Positions 37,728 to 49,778 of a stretch of DNA of 64,000 nucleotides are shown piece after piece. The DNA comes from Alphaproteobacteria bacterium (lineage in GTDB: Bacteria > Pseudomonadota > Alphaproteobacteria > SP197). Made by a program: the position numbers and the translations under genes. The number at the start of each line of letters is the position of its first letter. Position 1 is the first letter of the stretch. The notes below the pieces were generated by a model, which had not been told where the DNA came from, ran no database searches, and saw nothing but the letters and a program-made list of their open reading frames with translations. The stretch spans positions 640,001-704,000 of the forward strand of contig OZ219920.1 in assembly GCA_964291415.2 (NCBI GenBank), in the 5' to 3' direction.

Positions 37728-39931
37728 GCCGGCGTGACGAAGGCCGCCATGACTTTCTTGCGGCCGGCCTTGTCGAAGGCGATGTCGAGCTTCTCGCCGT
37801 CTGCCTTGAGGACGCGGCCATAGCCGAACTTGTCGTGGAAGATGCGGGTGTCGGGCGCCGGCGGCGGGCTGGCGTCAGGCGCTGCCGGGGCGGTGCGGGA
37901 GGGAAACTGCTGCTGGCGGCGGGCGAGGGTGCGGGCGAAATTGCTGTCGGTGACGGCCGCGCCGAACTGGGACATGTTGCGGTAGCCGACGAGGGGGGAT
38001 TCATCCGTCAGCACGTGCTCGTCCGGAAGTTCGGCGAGGAAACGCGAGGGAATGTTGGACACGGTCTGGTTGTAGATCCGCCGGGTGGCCGCATGGAAGA
38101 TGGCGACGCGCCGGCGGGCACGGGTGAGAGCGACGTAGGCGAGACGGCGTTCCTCCTCGAGACCCTGGTTGCCGCTCTCCTCGAGGGCGCGTCGGTGGGG
38201 AAAGAGCTCCTCTTCCCAGCCGGGCAGGATGACGGTGTCGAATTCAAGGCCCTTGGCCGCATGGAGCGTCATGATGCTGACCATGTCGCCGTCGATGGCG
38301 ACATCCCCGTCGGTGACCAGGCTCACGTGGTCCAGGAACTCCTCGATGTTCTCGAAGTCGGCCAGCGCGACGACGAGTTCCTTCAGGTTCTCGAGCCTCG
38401 TCGGGGCATGGATGGACTTGTCCTTCTGCCACATCTCCGTGTAGCCCGATTCTTCGAGGACGATGGCGGCGATCTCCGCCGGGGCCTTGCGGCTGGCCTC
38501 GGCGCGCCAGCGGTCGATGTTCTCGATGAAGAGACGCAGGGTGCGCCGCCGCGCCGGCGGCAGCGTGGTGTCGCCCGCGACGTGGCGCGCGGCGCCGAGC
38601 AGACTGGTCCCGGCCTTGCGCCCATGGTCATGGAGAGGGAGCAGGGACTTCTCGCCAAGGCCGCGCCTGGGGAGGTTGATGATCCTCTGGAAGGCGAGGT
38701 CGTCGTCGTCCTGGCGCACCAGGCGCAGGTAGGCGAGGGCATCGCGGATCTCGCGGCGTTCATAGAATCTCAGGCCCCCGATGATGCGGTAGGGCACGCC
38801 AAGCGTGATGAAGCGCTCCTCGAAATGACGTGTCTGGTGGCCGGCCCGTACCAGCACCGCCATCTCGTTGAGCTGGTGCTGCTTCCTGTGGAGGTTCTCG
38901 ATCATGTCGCCCACGGCATGGGCCTCGTCCTCGCCGCTCCACACGCCGTTGACGGCGATGGGTTCCCCGGCGTCGTCGCCATCGGGTGTCCACAGGGTCT
39001 TGCCGAGCCGGGAGCGGTTGTGGGCGATGAGGCCCGAGGCCGCGGCGAGGATGCGGGGTGTCGAGCGGTAGTTGCGCTCGAGGCGCACGATGGTGGCCCC
39101 GGGAAAGTCCTGTTCGAATTTCAGGATGTTGCCGACCTCCGCGCCGCGCCAGCCGTAGATCGACTGGTCGTCGTCGCCGACGCAGCAGATGTTGCCCGAT
39201 CCGCGGGCGAGCAGGCGCAGCCACAGGTACTGGATCGCGTTGGTGTCCTGGTACTCGTCGACGAGGAGGTAGCGAAAACGCCTGTGCCAGACTTCAAGCA
39301 CATCCGGGTGGTCGAGGAGGAGGCGGTAGGGCTTGAGCAGCAGGTCCCCGAAATCAGCCGCATTGAGGGATTCGAGGCGTTCCTGGTAGGCGCGGTAGAG
39401 GGCCTGGCCCCGACCGTGGGCGAACGATGCCGCCTCCTCCCCGGGGAGTTCATCGGGGGTCCATCCCCTGTCCTTCCATTTCTGGATCAGGAACGAGAGC
39501 ATGCGTGGAGGCCAGCGCTTGTCGTCGATGTTGGCCGCTTCGAGGAGTTCGCGCGCCAGGCGGACCTGGTCGTCGGTATCGATGATGGTGAACCCGGACT
39601 TCAGGCGCACGAGCTCCGCATGCCGTCGCAGCATGCGCGCGCCGATGCCGTGAAAGGTGCCGATCCACAGGCCGGCCGTGGACTGTCCGATGAGCGCGCT
39701 CACCCGTTCCGACATCTCGCCGGCGGCCTTGTTGGTGAAGGTGACCGCGAGGATCTGACCTGGCCAGGCCCTCCCGGTTTCGATGAGATGGGCAAGGCGC
39801 ACGGTCAGCACGCGAGTCTTTCCGGTGCCTGCACCGGCGAGCACGAGAACCGGCCCGTCCAAGGCCTCGACCGCCTCGCGCTGCGCCTCGTTGAGACCTT
39901 CAAGAAGGGGGGTTGGAGGAGAGCCCTGCAT
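37724..39931 (-). CDS. uvrD: ATP-dependent DNA helicase UvrD/PcrA
   Basis: AGAGTGKT, TFTNKAA, VDEYQDTN, VGDDDQSIYGWRGA, TLHAAKGLEF and EERRLAYVALTRA motifs; C-terminal HDKFGYG domain. Confidence 0.96.
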   Translation of the reverse strand: MQGSPPTPLLEGLNEAQREAVEALDGPVLVLAGAGTGKTRVLTVRLAHLIETGRAWPGQILAVTFTNKAAGEMSERVSALIGQSTAGLWIGTFHGIGARMLRRHAELVRLKSGFTIIDTDDQVRLARELLEAANIDDKRWPPRMLSFLIQKWKDRGWTPDELPGEEAASFAHGRGQALYRAYQERLESLNAADFGDLLLKPYRLLLDHPDVLEVWHRRFRYLLVDEYQDTNAIQYLWLRLLARGSGNICCVGDDDQSIYGWRGAEVGNILKFEQDFPGATIVRLERNYRSTPRILAAASGLIAHNRSRLGKTLWTPDGDDAGEPIAVNGVWSGEDEAHAVGDMIENLHRKQHQLNEMAVLVRAGHQTRHFEERFITLGVPYRIIGGLRFYERREIRDALAYLRLVRQDDDDLAFQRIINLPRRGLGEKSLLPLHDHGRKAGTSLLGAARHVAGDTTLPPARRRTLRLFIENIDRWRAEASRKAPAEIAAIVLEESGYTEMWQKDKSIHAPTRLENLKELVVALADFENIEEFLDHVSLVTDGDVAIDGDMVSIMTLHAAKGLEFDTVILPGWEEELFPHRRALEESGNQGLEEERRLAYVALTRARRRVAIFHAATRRIYNQTVSNIPSRFLAELPDEHVLTDESPLVGYRNMSQFGAAVTDSNFARTLARRQQQFPSRTAPAAPDASPPPAPDTRIFHDKFGYGRVLKADGEKLDIAFDKAGRKKVMAAFVTPA

Positions 39932-40087
39932 GATGCGCCTCTCCTATCACAGGTCCGCGATCCTGTTCAGATGAGGCATGTGGACAGCCTGGATTCACTG
40001 GGAAGCGGTTGAGTGCCATGATACCGCCCTCCACGGCGTGCCAGGGTTCTCACCGGAACACTCCGGACATGAAGGAGACGGGTAAGG

Positions 40088-43000
40088 TTGCGCAAGGCTT
40101 TCTGGATAGCGGCAGCCCTCGTGGCCGTATTGCTGGCCGCCGGGGCGTTCTGGCACCTGACACGCGATCTCGACCGGTACCGTGGCGAGGTCGAGAAGCA
40201 GCTCGAGGCGCTGACCGGCCGCAACGTGACGGTTTCCGGCGACCTCGGCCTGGCGCTGGTTCCCGATCTCAAGGTGGCGTTGAGCGACGTCACCATCGGC
40301 GACGAGCATGCTCCCTGGCTCACCTTGCCGGAAGTCCACGCGGTCGTTTCCCTGACGTCGTTGCTCACCCTTGATCTCGCCATCGAGCGGATCAGGATTG
40401 TCGGGCCGGCGCTCACCATCGGCGGATCCGACATGGCCGGATCCCTCACCGCCGTCGGGACGACTCAGCATCCGGCGGTCAGGATCGACGCCGTCGAGAT
40501 CGTCGACGCCACGGTCACCTGGCACAGTGCGCTCCAGGGGACCCGGGTCTACGAAGGTCTCGATCTTGCCGTCGAGTCGAAGGGCGTGGACGGTCCCTTC
40601 GAGATTACCGGCAGCCTTTCGGGGAATGCCGGGGACTGGACACTCGACGGCGCCCTTGGACGGCTGACCCGACCGTCTCTTCCGGTGAGCCTTGCGATCG
40701 TGTCCGACGAGGGCGCCTCATTGCGGGCATCCGGGAGTCTCCAGGACTGGAAGCGAGAGGCCAGGTTTGCCGGCACCGTGAGACTGGATGTCCCCGATCT
40801 CGGAAGGCTGACCGGGCTCGCCGCGGCTCGAGCGCTGCCGGCGTCGTTTGATGCCGTAATGGCGATCAGCGCCGATGCGGTCGAGATCGGCGATCTCGCC
40901 CTGCAGCTCGACGATTCTGTCGCCTTCGGCGCCATTGAATCGTGGGAAGATCGGCTGGCGGTCCGCATGACCTCCAGCAAGCTTGATCTCGATCGCCTCG
41001 TGGCGCTGGCCGGGGAGATGGAGAGCGACCATCCGGCGATCGCCTGGCTGCGGGGACGCCATGTCTCCATGGATGTTGCGGTCGAGCATGCCCTCTACCG
41101 GAACCGGACGGCGCGACAGGTCGAGGTGGTGGCGTCCGTGGCCGATGGCACGGTTGACATCGAGCGGGCCGCCGCTCTCCTGCCGGGCAACACGAACGCC
41201 ATGGTGACCGGCGTCGCCACCATCAAGGGTGACGTGCCGATCTTCCGCGGCCCGCTTGACGTCACGTCGAGTGATCTCAGGAGCACACTCGCATGGCTCG
41301 GGGTGGACCTGGAGGGCATTCCCCGGGACCGGCTGAGGACTGCCCGGTTGTCGGCGCACTGTGAAGCGACGCCGGGTTCCGCGGTTCTGTCAGCCATGGA
41401 CCTTGTCCTCGATTCATCCCGTGTAACCGGGACACTCATCAGCCTCTTCGCCGGGAAGAGGAGTTTCATTGCCGATCTCGCCATCGATGAACTGGCGCTC
41501 GATGCCTATCTTCCCGCCGGCCTGCCGGACACCCTCCCGGGGACCGACTGGTCCGGAATCGCTCTCGATGTCAGGAGCGAGGTCGGAACACTGGTCATGG
41601 GCGATGTCGTCGCCGCCGAGGTGTTTGTCGACGGCGCCCTGAACCAGGGGACCCTGGAGTTTCGACGTCTCGAGGCACGAGATGTCTCGGGCGCCGCCGT
41701 CAGGGCCACGGGGACGATCGAGCCGGCTCACCGGACCCTGGCGTTCGACGTCGAGGCCGGGGCGGCCGACATTGGCGCCATCGCCCGCCGGGCAGGCATC
41801 GAAACGCCGTTCGATCTGCAGAAGCTGGGGACCGTGGACCTGTCGCTTTCCGCGCAGGGGACATTCGACGACATCGATCTCGAGGGCGCGTTGGCGACTG
41901 CGGTCGCGGAATTCTCCGTCCGGGGCCGCCTGGACCGGCCGCTCGCCGACCCGTCGTTCCGGGGCAACCTTGACGTCGAGGGCGAGAGCCTTGCGGCCGC
42001 AGCCGGCGTTGTCGGGCTGGATGTGCCGGGAGGAGAGGGAGAACCCTTCACACTGTCTGCCGACATCGATCTCGCACCTCCCGAGATGAGCCTTGCCGTC
42101 GCTGTCGAGACCCTTGGCGCCACGCTCGACGCCAGTGGCCGCCTGCGGAACGCGGTTCTGGATGGGGGCCGCGCCGTTCTCAAGCACGCCGATTCCGGGG
42201 ACCTGATGGACCGCTGGGGCCTTGCCGGGAGCGCGGACCTGGAAGGGCCGCTCGATATCGCCGTCAGGGCTGCCGGGTCGCTTGACGAGGGAAGGGTCGA
42301 GTTCGAGCGGGCAAGCGTCGGGCCGTCCTCGTTCGAAGGCGCGGCCGCGTGGTCGACAGCGGCCGCCCGGCCGATCATCCATCTTCGTCTCGCAGCGGAC
42401 ACCATCGTTCTCGATGCGCTGGCCAGCCGGATTCCCGGGATCGTCGAAGACGTGGATGGACGCATCGACCTCGCGGCGGATCGCCTCGTCGTCGGCGGCA
42501 TGACACTCGACGACGTTCTCCTGCGGTCTGCGGCCGAAGGAGGTGTCCTTCATATCGAGAGCCTGTCGGGATCCCTCTTTGGCGGGACGATTCTCGTCTC
42601 CGGCACAGCCAGCCACGGCCTTCCCCACGAGGTGACCTACTCCCTTGTCCTCGAAGACGGTGAACTGAGGGAGATTCTCGCTGCCCTGGCGGGACGGAAG
42701 ACGCTCTCCGGCCGTCTCCAGCTCGCGGTCGACGGAACAGCGCGTGGGCTCACCGGCGAAGACCTCCTGCAGAGCCTTGCCGGCGAGGGACGGATCTCGC
42801 TCCGGCGTGGCGCGGTGGAAGGTTTCGACTTTCAGGCCATGGCGGGTCTGCTGGCCGATGGCGGGGAGAGTTCCGACATTGCAGAAGAGATGTTGCGTTC
42901 CACCGGCGAGGGCACGTCGGAGATCATCACGGCCGGCGCCTCCCTTTCCGTGTCGAAGGGTGTCGCCCGGTCGGACGATCTCTCCGTCATCTTCAACGGC

Positions 43001-43450
43001 GCCGAAGGCATCTACGAGCTCGAGCTCGACCTGCCGCGCCGCTGGATCGATCTCGAAGGATCGGTGCAGCTGACCGGCGGCACCGGTCTTCCGGCGGTCG
43101 CCATGACCGTTGCCGGTCCCCTGGACGAGACGGACCTCGTCTTCGATACCAGGCTGCTGGAGACACATCTCGTCAGCGAACCCATTCCACTGCCGGAAGA
43201 CAAGCCGCCCGTTCCCTCCGATGAGACCGTTGACGACGATATCCTGGCAGCGGCCGAATCCGACGCGCCGGAGAGCGAAACCCTCGTCAACGAGCCACGG
43301 GAAGATGACGGCTCACTGCTTCTCTGGGTCCTGGATGAGGATGAAGGAGGTACTGAATTGCCGGAACCTCAGCCAGCCGAAACGGACGAGGGTGACCAGG
43401 ACGTCAAGGGAGATGAGGAAAACGGCAGTATCCTGCGTCTGCTCGACTGA
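40088..43450 (+). CDS. AsmA-family envelope (lipid-transport-like) protein
   Basis: N-terminal TM anchor, DLDRYRGEVEKQLEALTGRNVTVSGDL, long amphipathic beta repeats, AsmA_2-like C-terminal region and an acidic tail. Confidence 0.8.
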   Translation: MRKAFWIAAALVAVLLAAGAFWHLTRDLDRYRGEVEKQLEALTGRNVTVSGDLGLALVPDLKVALSDVTIGDEHAPWLTLPEVHAVVSLTSLLTLDLAIERIRIVGPALTIGGSDMAGSLTAVGTTQHPAVRIDAVEIVDATVTWHSALQGTRVYEGLDLAVESKGVDGPFEITGSLSGNAGDWTLDGALGRLTRPSLPVSLAIVSDEGASLRASGSLQDWKREARFAGTVRLDVPDLGRLTGLAAARALPASFDAVMAISADAVEIGDLALQLDDSVAFGAIESWEDRLAVRMTSSKLDLDRLVALAGEMESDHPAIAWLRGRHVSMDVAVEHALYRNRTARQVEVVASVADGTVDIERAAALLPGNTNAMVTGVATIKGDVPIFRGPLDVTSSDLRSTLAWLGVDLEGIPRDRLRTARLSAHCEATPGSAVLSAMDLVLDSSRVTGTLISLFAGKRSFIADLAIDELALDAYLPAGLPDTLPGTDWSGIALDVRSEVGTLVMGDVVAAEVFVDGALNQGTLEFRRLEARDVSGAAVRATGTIEPAHRTLAFDVEAGAADIGAIARRAGIETPFDLQKLGTVDLSLSAQGTFDDIDLEGALATAVAEFSVRGRLDRPLADPSFRGNLDVEGESLAAAAGVVGLDVPGGEGEPFTLSADIDLAPPEMSLAVAVETLGATLDASGRLRNAVLDGGRAVLKHADSGDLMDRWGLAGSADLEGPLDIAVRAAGSLDEGRVEFERASVGPSSFEGAAAWSTAAARPIIHLRLAADTIVLDALASRIPGIVEDVDGRIDLAADRLVVGGMTLDDVLLRSAAEGGVLHIESLSGSLFGGTILVSGTASHGLPHEVTYSLVLEDGELREILAALAGRKTLSGRLQLAVDGTARGLTGEDLLQSLAGEGRISLRRGAVEGFDFQAMAGLLADGGESSDIAEEMLRSTGEGTSEIITAGASLSVSKGVARSDDLSVIFNGAEGIYELELDLPRRWIDLEGSVQLTGGTGLPAVAMTVAGPLDETDLVFDTRLLETHLVSEPIPLPEDKPPVPSDETVDDDILAAAESDAPESETLVNEPREDDGSLLLWVLDEDEGGTELPEPQPAETDEGDQDVKGDEENGSILRLLD

Positions 43451-43651
43451 ATGCACGCTTGTCATACGCTCTGAGCAGGTCCGGCAGTGCGCATCCGGGC
43501 CAGGATTTCGGCCCGGATTTGTTCGAGCAGAAACAGACCGTCCCCCCTTTGGCGCTGGCCGACCTCGTGATCAGACATGCGGACTGCGCCCGGGATACGG
43601 GCGCCGCAATGCGGTCGAAGTCCGCCCCGAATCGTGCAGATTATCGCTACG

Positions 43652-44286
43652 TTACGGAATGTTCCCACGTGAATGGCGCCAGGCGATCATGCCCTGCAGG
43701 AGTTCGGCAGTCGAATAGTCCCGGATGTCGTCATCCGAGAATCCAAGACTGCTCTGGCGCTGATGGTACCAATCCTGGAAGTTCTCGTAGTCGGTCAGAA
43801 CCCGAGAGGCGCCGATGGCCTCGAAGCCCGGCAATCCGGCAAGCCAGTTCCGTACTTCCTGACGGCGACTTGGTAGTCTCCATAATGGGCCTCAATGTCT
43901 GAACCGGCGAGGTCCGAGATTGCTGCCTGGTACCGATATCGCTCTTCTTCAAGTACGAGAATGACCTTGTCCTTCATCTGTCCCGCACCGAAGCGGCGGC
44001 ATCCGAAGTCCAGACCCAGTTCGAAGGGCATGTTGAGGCGATAGTACTCTCCCCCGACCCGGGCCTGACATCGGCACAGATCATGAATGGAGTATCGGGA
44101 CGATTGGATGAGTTCGACTATCTTGCTGATACGTGTCTCGCCTGCATCGCTGCGTTCGGCGGCAATTCGCGGTTTCAGATCGAATCGCACCAGGCAAAAC
44201 AGCGCGGCTTGCAGAATGTGATCGTAATCGTCGTCCAAAGGGCAATTCACGAAGACGTTTCGATCGAAATCACTGTTCTTTGGCAA
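43652..44286 (-). CDS. Uncharacterised TIR/nucleoside-deoxyribosyltransferase-like protein, split by a 1-nt frameshift at ~43855
   Basis: NVFVNCP...KIVELIQSSRYSIHDL...RLNMPFELG...ISDLAGSDIEAH..VAVRK, then VRNWLAGL...GMIAW in another frame (AAGTACGG lacks one G). Confidence 0.65.
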
Positions 44287-44292
44287 AGGGTG

Positions 44293-44517
44293 CTATCCGC
44301 GCGATCGAGAAGGCTCGGTCCCGCAGGAATCACGTTTGCGAATGCGGCCATCTGGTCCGTAGATGAGCACTTCGCCGCCTTGATTGCGGACGATCCCTCG
44401 AGCGACCTTGATCGCTTCCTGCTGGGTGTCGAAGTGGCGCGTAACCCTTTCAGCGCCCGATTTGTGGATCGCCCATCTCTTCCCGCGCGGAACAACATGC
44501 TGGTTCTTGGTCGTCAC
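44293..44517 (-). CDS. DUF2188-family small protein
   Basis: KNQHVVP...WAI...FDTQQEAIKVAR...GEVLIYGPDGRIRKRDS pattern. Confidence 0.85.
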   Translation of the reverse strand: MTTKNQHVVPRGKRWAIHKSGAERVTRHFDTQQEAIKVARGIVRNQGGEVLIYGPDGRIRKRDSCGTEPSRSRG

Positions 44518-44719
44518 TGGCTGGTCCCGCGGATGGTGCGACAACCAATGTACCACGACATTCGTGAAGGTACTCGGTTACACCATTGCGAAACGCCGCG
44601 ACCGGGATTCCGGCTTTGGCCGCATCATTGCAAGCCCCTGAGGGAGGGCCAGGCAAGACGCAGGGACATCAGTGCAGCCCCAGCCTCATGTGAGGTCGAG
44701 AGTCATCACCGGCTCTGAC

Positions 44720-44795
44720 AATGATAATCATTCGCAAAAGTGTTGACATGCAGTCGGCGATGCTTCAAAGGTGCGCTAATGATAATCATTCGCAA
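44720..44795 (+). promoter_or_regulatory. futA promoter with two identical Fur-type boxes flanking TTGACA
   Basis: AATGATAATCATTCGCAA at 44720-44737 and 44778-44795; TTGACA at 44743-44748; Fur consensus is GATAATGATAATCATTATC. Confidence 0.85.
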
Positions 44796-44808
44796 TGAAG
44801 AGGAGAAC

Positions 44809-45822
44809 ATGATGTTCGTGCGAATTGTTGCGCTCGCTCTCGCTGTCCTGTCGCTGCCGGCGGCGGCGGATGGCGAGGTCAATCTCTATACGGCACGCCA
44901 CTACGATGCCGACGCCCAGCTCTACGAGGCCTTCCGCGAGGCTACCGGGGTCACTGTCAACGTCATCGAGGACAAGGCCGGGGCCCTGATGGAAAGGATG
45001 AGGATCGAAGGCGAGAACAGTCCCGTCGATGTCTTCATGACCGCCGATGCCTCGAACCTGATGTCCGCCGCCCTCGATGGTCTGCTCCAGGGCATCTCCT
45101 CGGCAGAACTGGAGTCCCGCATACCCGCTTCCCTGCGCCACCCCGATGGCGAATGGTTTGCCTTCACCAGGCGCGCCCGCGTGATCATGGTGAGCAGGGA
45201 TTTCGACGCGACGGGTCTCGAACGCTACGAGGACCTCGCGGATCCGCGGTTTGCCGACACCATCTGCATCCGTTCATCCGGAAACATCTACAACCAGTCT
45301 CTCGTGGCCTCGCTCATCGTCGCCAATGGCGATGACGACACCGCCCGATGGGTGAAGGGGCTGGTGGCGAACATGGCGCGCGAACCGGAATCCAACGATA
45401 CCGGCCAGATCAAGGCGGTGGCCGCCGGCCAGTGCGAGATCGCTGTGGCCAACACCTACTACCTGGCGCGCCTTGCGGGGTCCGACGATCCGGCCAATCG
45501 CGATATCGCCGATGCCATCCGTGTCATCATGCCGAACCAGGGTGACCGCGGGGTCCATGTCAACATTTCAGGGGCCGGTGTGGCCGCCAACGCTCCCAAC
45601 CGCGACAACGCCATCGCCTTCCTGGAGTTCCTGGCCAGCGACATGGCGCAGCAGGTCTTTGCCGACAGCAACAACGAATGGCCGGTGGTCGACGGCATCG
45701 CCCATGCGGACGTGCTCGACGACCTTTATGGAGACTTCGTCGCCGACGAACTCGATGCGGCGGTGTTCGGCGCCAACCGCGCCCGCGCTCTCGGGATCAT
45801 GGAAGAGAACGGCTGGAAGTAG
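44809..45822 (+). CDS. futA: Fe(3+) ABC transporter substrate-binding protein (FutA/FbpA)
   Basis: Signal peptide; VNLYTARHY, CIRSSGNIYNQSL, ANTYY and HVNISGAGV motifs. Confidence 0.93.
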   Translation: MMFVRIVALALAVLSLPAAADGEVNLYTARHYDADAQLYEAFREATGVTVNVIEDKAGALMERMRIEGENSPVDVFMTADASNLMSAALDGLLQGISSAELESRIPASLRHPDGEWFAFTRRARVIMVSRDFDATGLERYEDLADPRFADTICIRSSGNIYNQSLVASLIVANGDDDTARWVKGLVANMAREPESNDTGQIKAVAAGQCEIAVANTYYLARLAGSDDPANRDIADAIRVIMPNQGDRGVHVNISGAGVAANAPNRDNAIAFLEFLASDMAQQVFADSNNEWPVVDGIAHADVLDDLYGDFVADELDAAVFGANRARALGIMEENGWK

Positions 45823-45835
45823 TCGTCCGGCCATC

Positions 45836-45869
45836 CCCGGTCACGGCCGTGATCCCGGCCGTGACCGGG
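45836..45869. terminator. 14-bp perfect hairpin at the futA/futB convergence
   Basis: CCCGGTCACGGCCG-tgatcc-CGGCCGTGACCGGG; no U-tract, so terminator function is uncertain. Confidence 0.5.
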
Positions 45870-47507
45870 CGATCCTGCCGGAGAGCAGGATGACCGGGAG
45901 AATTCCCGCCAGCACAATGGCCAGCGCCGCCGTCGAGGCCTCGGCCAGCCGTTCGTCCGCCGCCAGTCTCCACGTCCTGGTGGCCAGGGTCTCGAAGTTG
46001 AAGGGGCGCACCAGCAGGGTGGCCGGCAGTTCCTTGAGAACATCGACGAAGACCAGCAGGCCGCCTGTGAGGAGGCTGCCCCGCAACAGCGGGGCATGGA
46101 TTTCGGCCAGGGTGGAGAAGGGGCTGCGTCCCAGCGACCTCGAGGCGCCGTCCATGGCCGGGGTCACCCTGGCGAGTCCCGCATCGGTACTGTTGTAGGC
46201 AACGGCGAGGAACCGGACCACATAGGCAAGGAGCAGCGCAGCGATCGAGCCGGTCAGCAGCAGGCCTGTCGACACGCCGAAAGCCGCCTCCATGAAGGAA
46301 TCGAGACGGTTGTCGAACCAGGCAAGGGGGACCAGGACCCCGACCGCGATGACCGATCCCGGGATGGCATAGCCCATGGAGGCGACCCGTGCGGCGCCAA
46401 TCGTCAGCGGGCCGGCCGCGAGGCGCGCCGCGTAACCCAGCGTCAGGGCCGCACAGACGGCCAGGACGGCAGCCAGTCCGGCCACCAGGACCGAGTTTCC
46501 GGCGTAGGTCGTGAACGCCGCAAGGGGCATCGAATCGCCCGAGGCGACCGAGAGTTCGAGGAGCAGGGAGACCGGCACCACGAATCCCAGCACGACCGGC
46601 AGGACGGTGGCAAGGAAGGCGGCCCAGGCCCTGATTCCGCCAAGGGCGAAACGCGGCAACGGCTGGAAGCGGCCCGTTCCCGTCACATAGCGGGCCCGGC
46701 CCCGGGAACCCCTCTCCAGGAGAATCACGGCCAGGGCGAAGAAGAGCAGGATGTTGGCCAGCTGTGCCGCGCCTTCCGGGGAGCCCCTGATGAACCAGGT
46801 GCGGTAGATCCCGGTGGTGAAAGTCTGGACCCCGAAGAACTCGACGGTTCCGAAGTCCGCGAGCGTTTCCATGAGTGCCAGGGCGAGGCCGGCGGCAATT
46901 CCGGGGCGGGCCATGGGTACGGCAACGCGGGCGAATGCGGACCACGGGCCGAGGCCCAGCGAACGGGCGACACCGAGCGCCTGGACCGACTGTGACAGGA
47001 ACGCGTTGCGCGCCAGAAGATAGACATACGGGTAGAGCACCAGCGACAGCATGGCGATGGCACCGGGCGTGGAGCGGATTTCGGGGAACCAGTAGTCATG
47101 GCGGCTCCAGCCCGCGAGATCGCGAAGGAGGGTCTGCAGTGGCCCGGCGAACTCCAGGAAATCGGTGTAGGCGTAGGCGATGACGTAGGCCGGAGCGGCG
47201 AAGGGCAGCAGCAGCAGCCATTCCATGTGGCGCCGGCCCGGAAACTCGCACATGGTGACGAGCCACGCGGTTCCGGTGCCGATGGTCCCGGCAACCACGG
47301 CCACTCCGGCCAGCAGGACCACGGTGTTGACGACATAGACCGAGAGAATGCGATCGACGAGGCCGGCCCACACGACGCCGCTGCCGGTGAAGAGATTCGA
47401 GACCACGGCAAGGATGGGAAGGGAGACGATGGCGGCGATGACCATGGCCGCCGCGGGGAAGAGCGGGCGCCAGCCGGAAGCGGGCCGAAACTGTCCGACC
47501 GACAGCC

Positions 47508-47511
<4 letters not shown>
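45841..47511 (-). CDS. futB: Fe(3+) ABC transporter permease (FutB/FbpB)
   Basis: [44 protein letters not shown] and [18 protein letters not shown] motifs; GTGA overlap with the fumC stop. Confidence 0.93.
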
Positions 47512-48911
<1,400 letters not shown>

Positions 48912-48966
48912 GGACTTAGAGGTCCTACGTCAATTCAGGTTCCTCTTACCACACTGCGCCGCGGCC

Positions 48967-48984
48967 TTGCGAACGATTCTCAGT
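48967..48984 (-). promoter_or_regulatory. Fur-type box upstream of fumC
   Basis: ACTGAGAATCGTTCGCAA on minus, 15/18 identical to the futA boxes. Confidence 0.65.
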
Positions 48985-48998
48985 CGTGGATTGCGGCG

Positions 48999-49454
48999 CT
49001 ACTTCTTGCGGAAGGAATCGAGGGAGACGATGGTGCCGCCGCTTTCAGGCTGCTCCGGCTCTTCCTCCTCGGAAGGCTCTGTTTCCTCGAAAGGCACGCC
49101 CTCGTGACTCTTGAAGTTCAGCCCGAACTTGACGCTCGGGTCGACGAACGAGGTGACGGCGGTCCAGGGAACGCCGAGTTCGTGGGGCATGCGGTCAAAT
49201 GAAAGACCGATGGAAAAGCCTTCTTCGTCGACCTCGAGATTCCAGAACTGATTCTGGATGACGATCGTGATGTCTTCGGGATAGCGGGCCTTCAGGGCCT
49301 TGGCCATCCTGACGCCGGGGTGGTCGGTGCGGAAGGTGATGTAGAAGTGGTGGTCTCCGGGCAAGCCGTCACGCGCGGCGATTTCGAGGGCGCGGGCGAC
49401 GACGCTGCGCAGGGCGCCGTCAACCAGGAGTCCATAGTGGATGGAATCATTCAT
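48999..49454 (-). CDS. sspB: ClpXP adaptor SspB (alphaproteobacterial type)
   Basis: GLPGDHHFYITFRT...YPEDITIVIQNQFW...FVDPSVKFGL; C-terminal IVSLDSFRKK ClpX-binding tail. Confidence 0.92.
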   Translation of the reverse strand: MNDSIHYGLLVDGALRSVVARALEIAARDGLPGDHHFYITFRTDHPGVRMAKALKARYPEDITIVIQNQFWNLEVDEEGFSIGLSFDRMPHELGVPWTAVTSFVDPSVKFGLNFKSHEGVPFEETEPSEEEEPEQPESGGTIVSLDSFRKK

Positions 49455-49484
49455 CGTTCGACCGGACCGTCAGGGACCGACATG

Positions 49485-49743
49485 ATGGAGGGCTTCTGTT
49501 GCCCGGTGCCCTCCAAACCGCGCTTGTCGCTCAAGCGGCGACAGCGAACGCCTCATTGTCGTTGGCGTTTGTGTGATTGACCCGATAACGGCGGTATCAT
49601 ACCGGGCGAAAATCGCACCTTTACCACGCACGTCGATCCTGGTTCGCCCCCATAGGTTTATGGTGGAGGCGGCGGGTACTGCCCCCGCGTCCGCAACGTC
49701 TATTCCGAACGACGTTTATCGCCATAGCCCGGCGCACCGGGCA
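49485..49743 (-). ncRNA. ssrA: tmRNA, two-piece circularly permuted
   Basis: On minus: acceptor 3' piece ...GCGGGGGCAGTACCCGCCGCCTCCACCA (ends 49661), 9-nt spacer, then GGGGGCGA 5' end (49651). Tag ORF 49566-49531 encodes ANDNEAFAVAA*; terminal GAGGGC...GCCCTC hairpin. Confidence 0.95.
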
Positions 49744-49749
49744 ACCCGA

Positions 49750-49778
49750 CATATAGGCGCAACGCCGCTGCCATGCAA
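49750..49778 (-). promoter_or_regulatory. Putative sigma70 promoter of ssrA
   Basis: TTGCAT-17 nt-TATATG on minus, directly upstream of the tmRNA. Confidence 0.6.
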
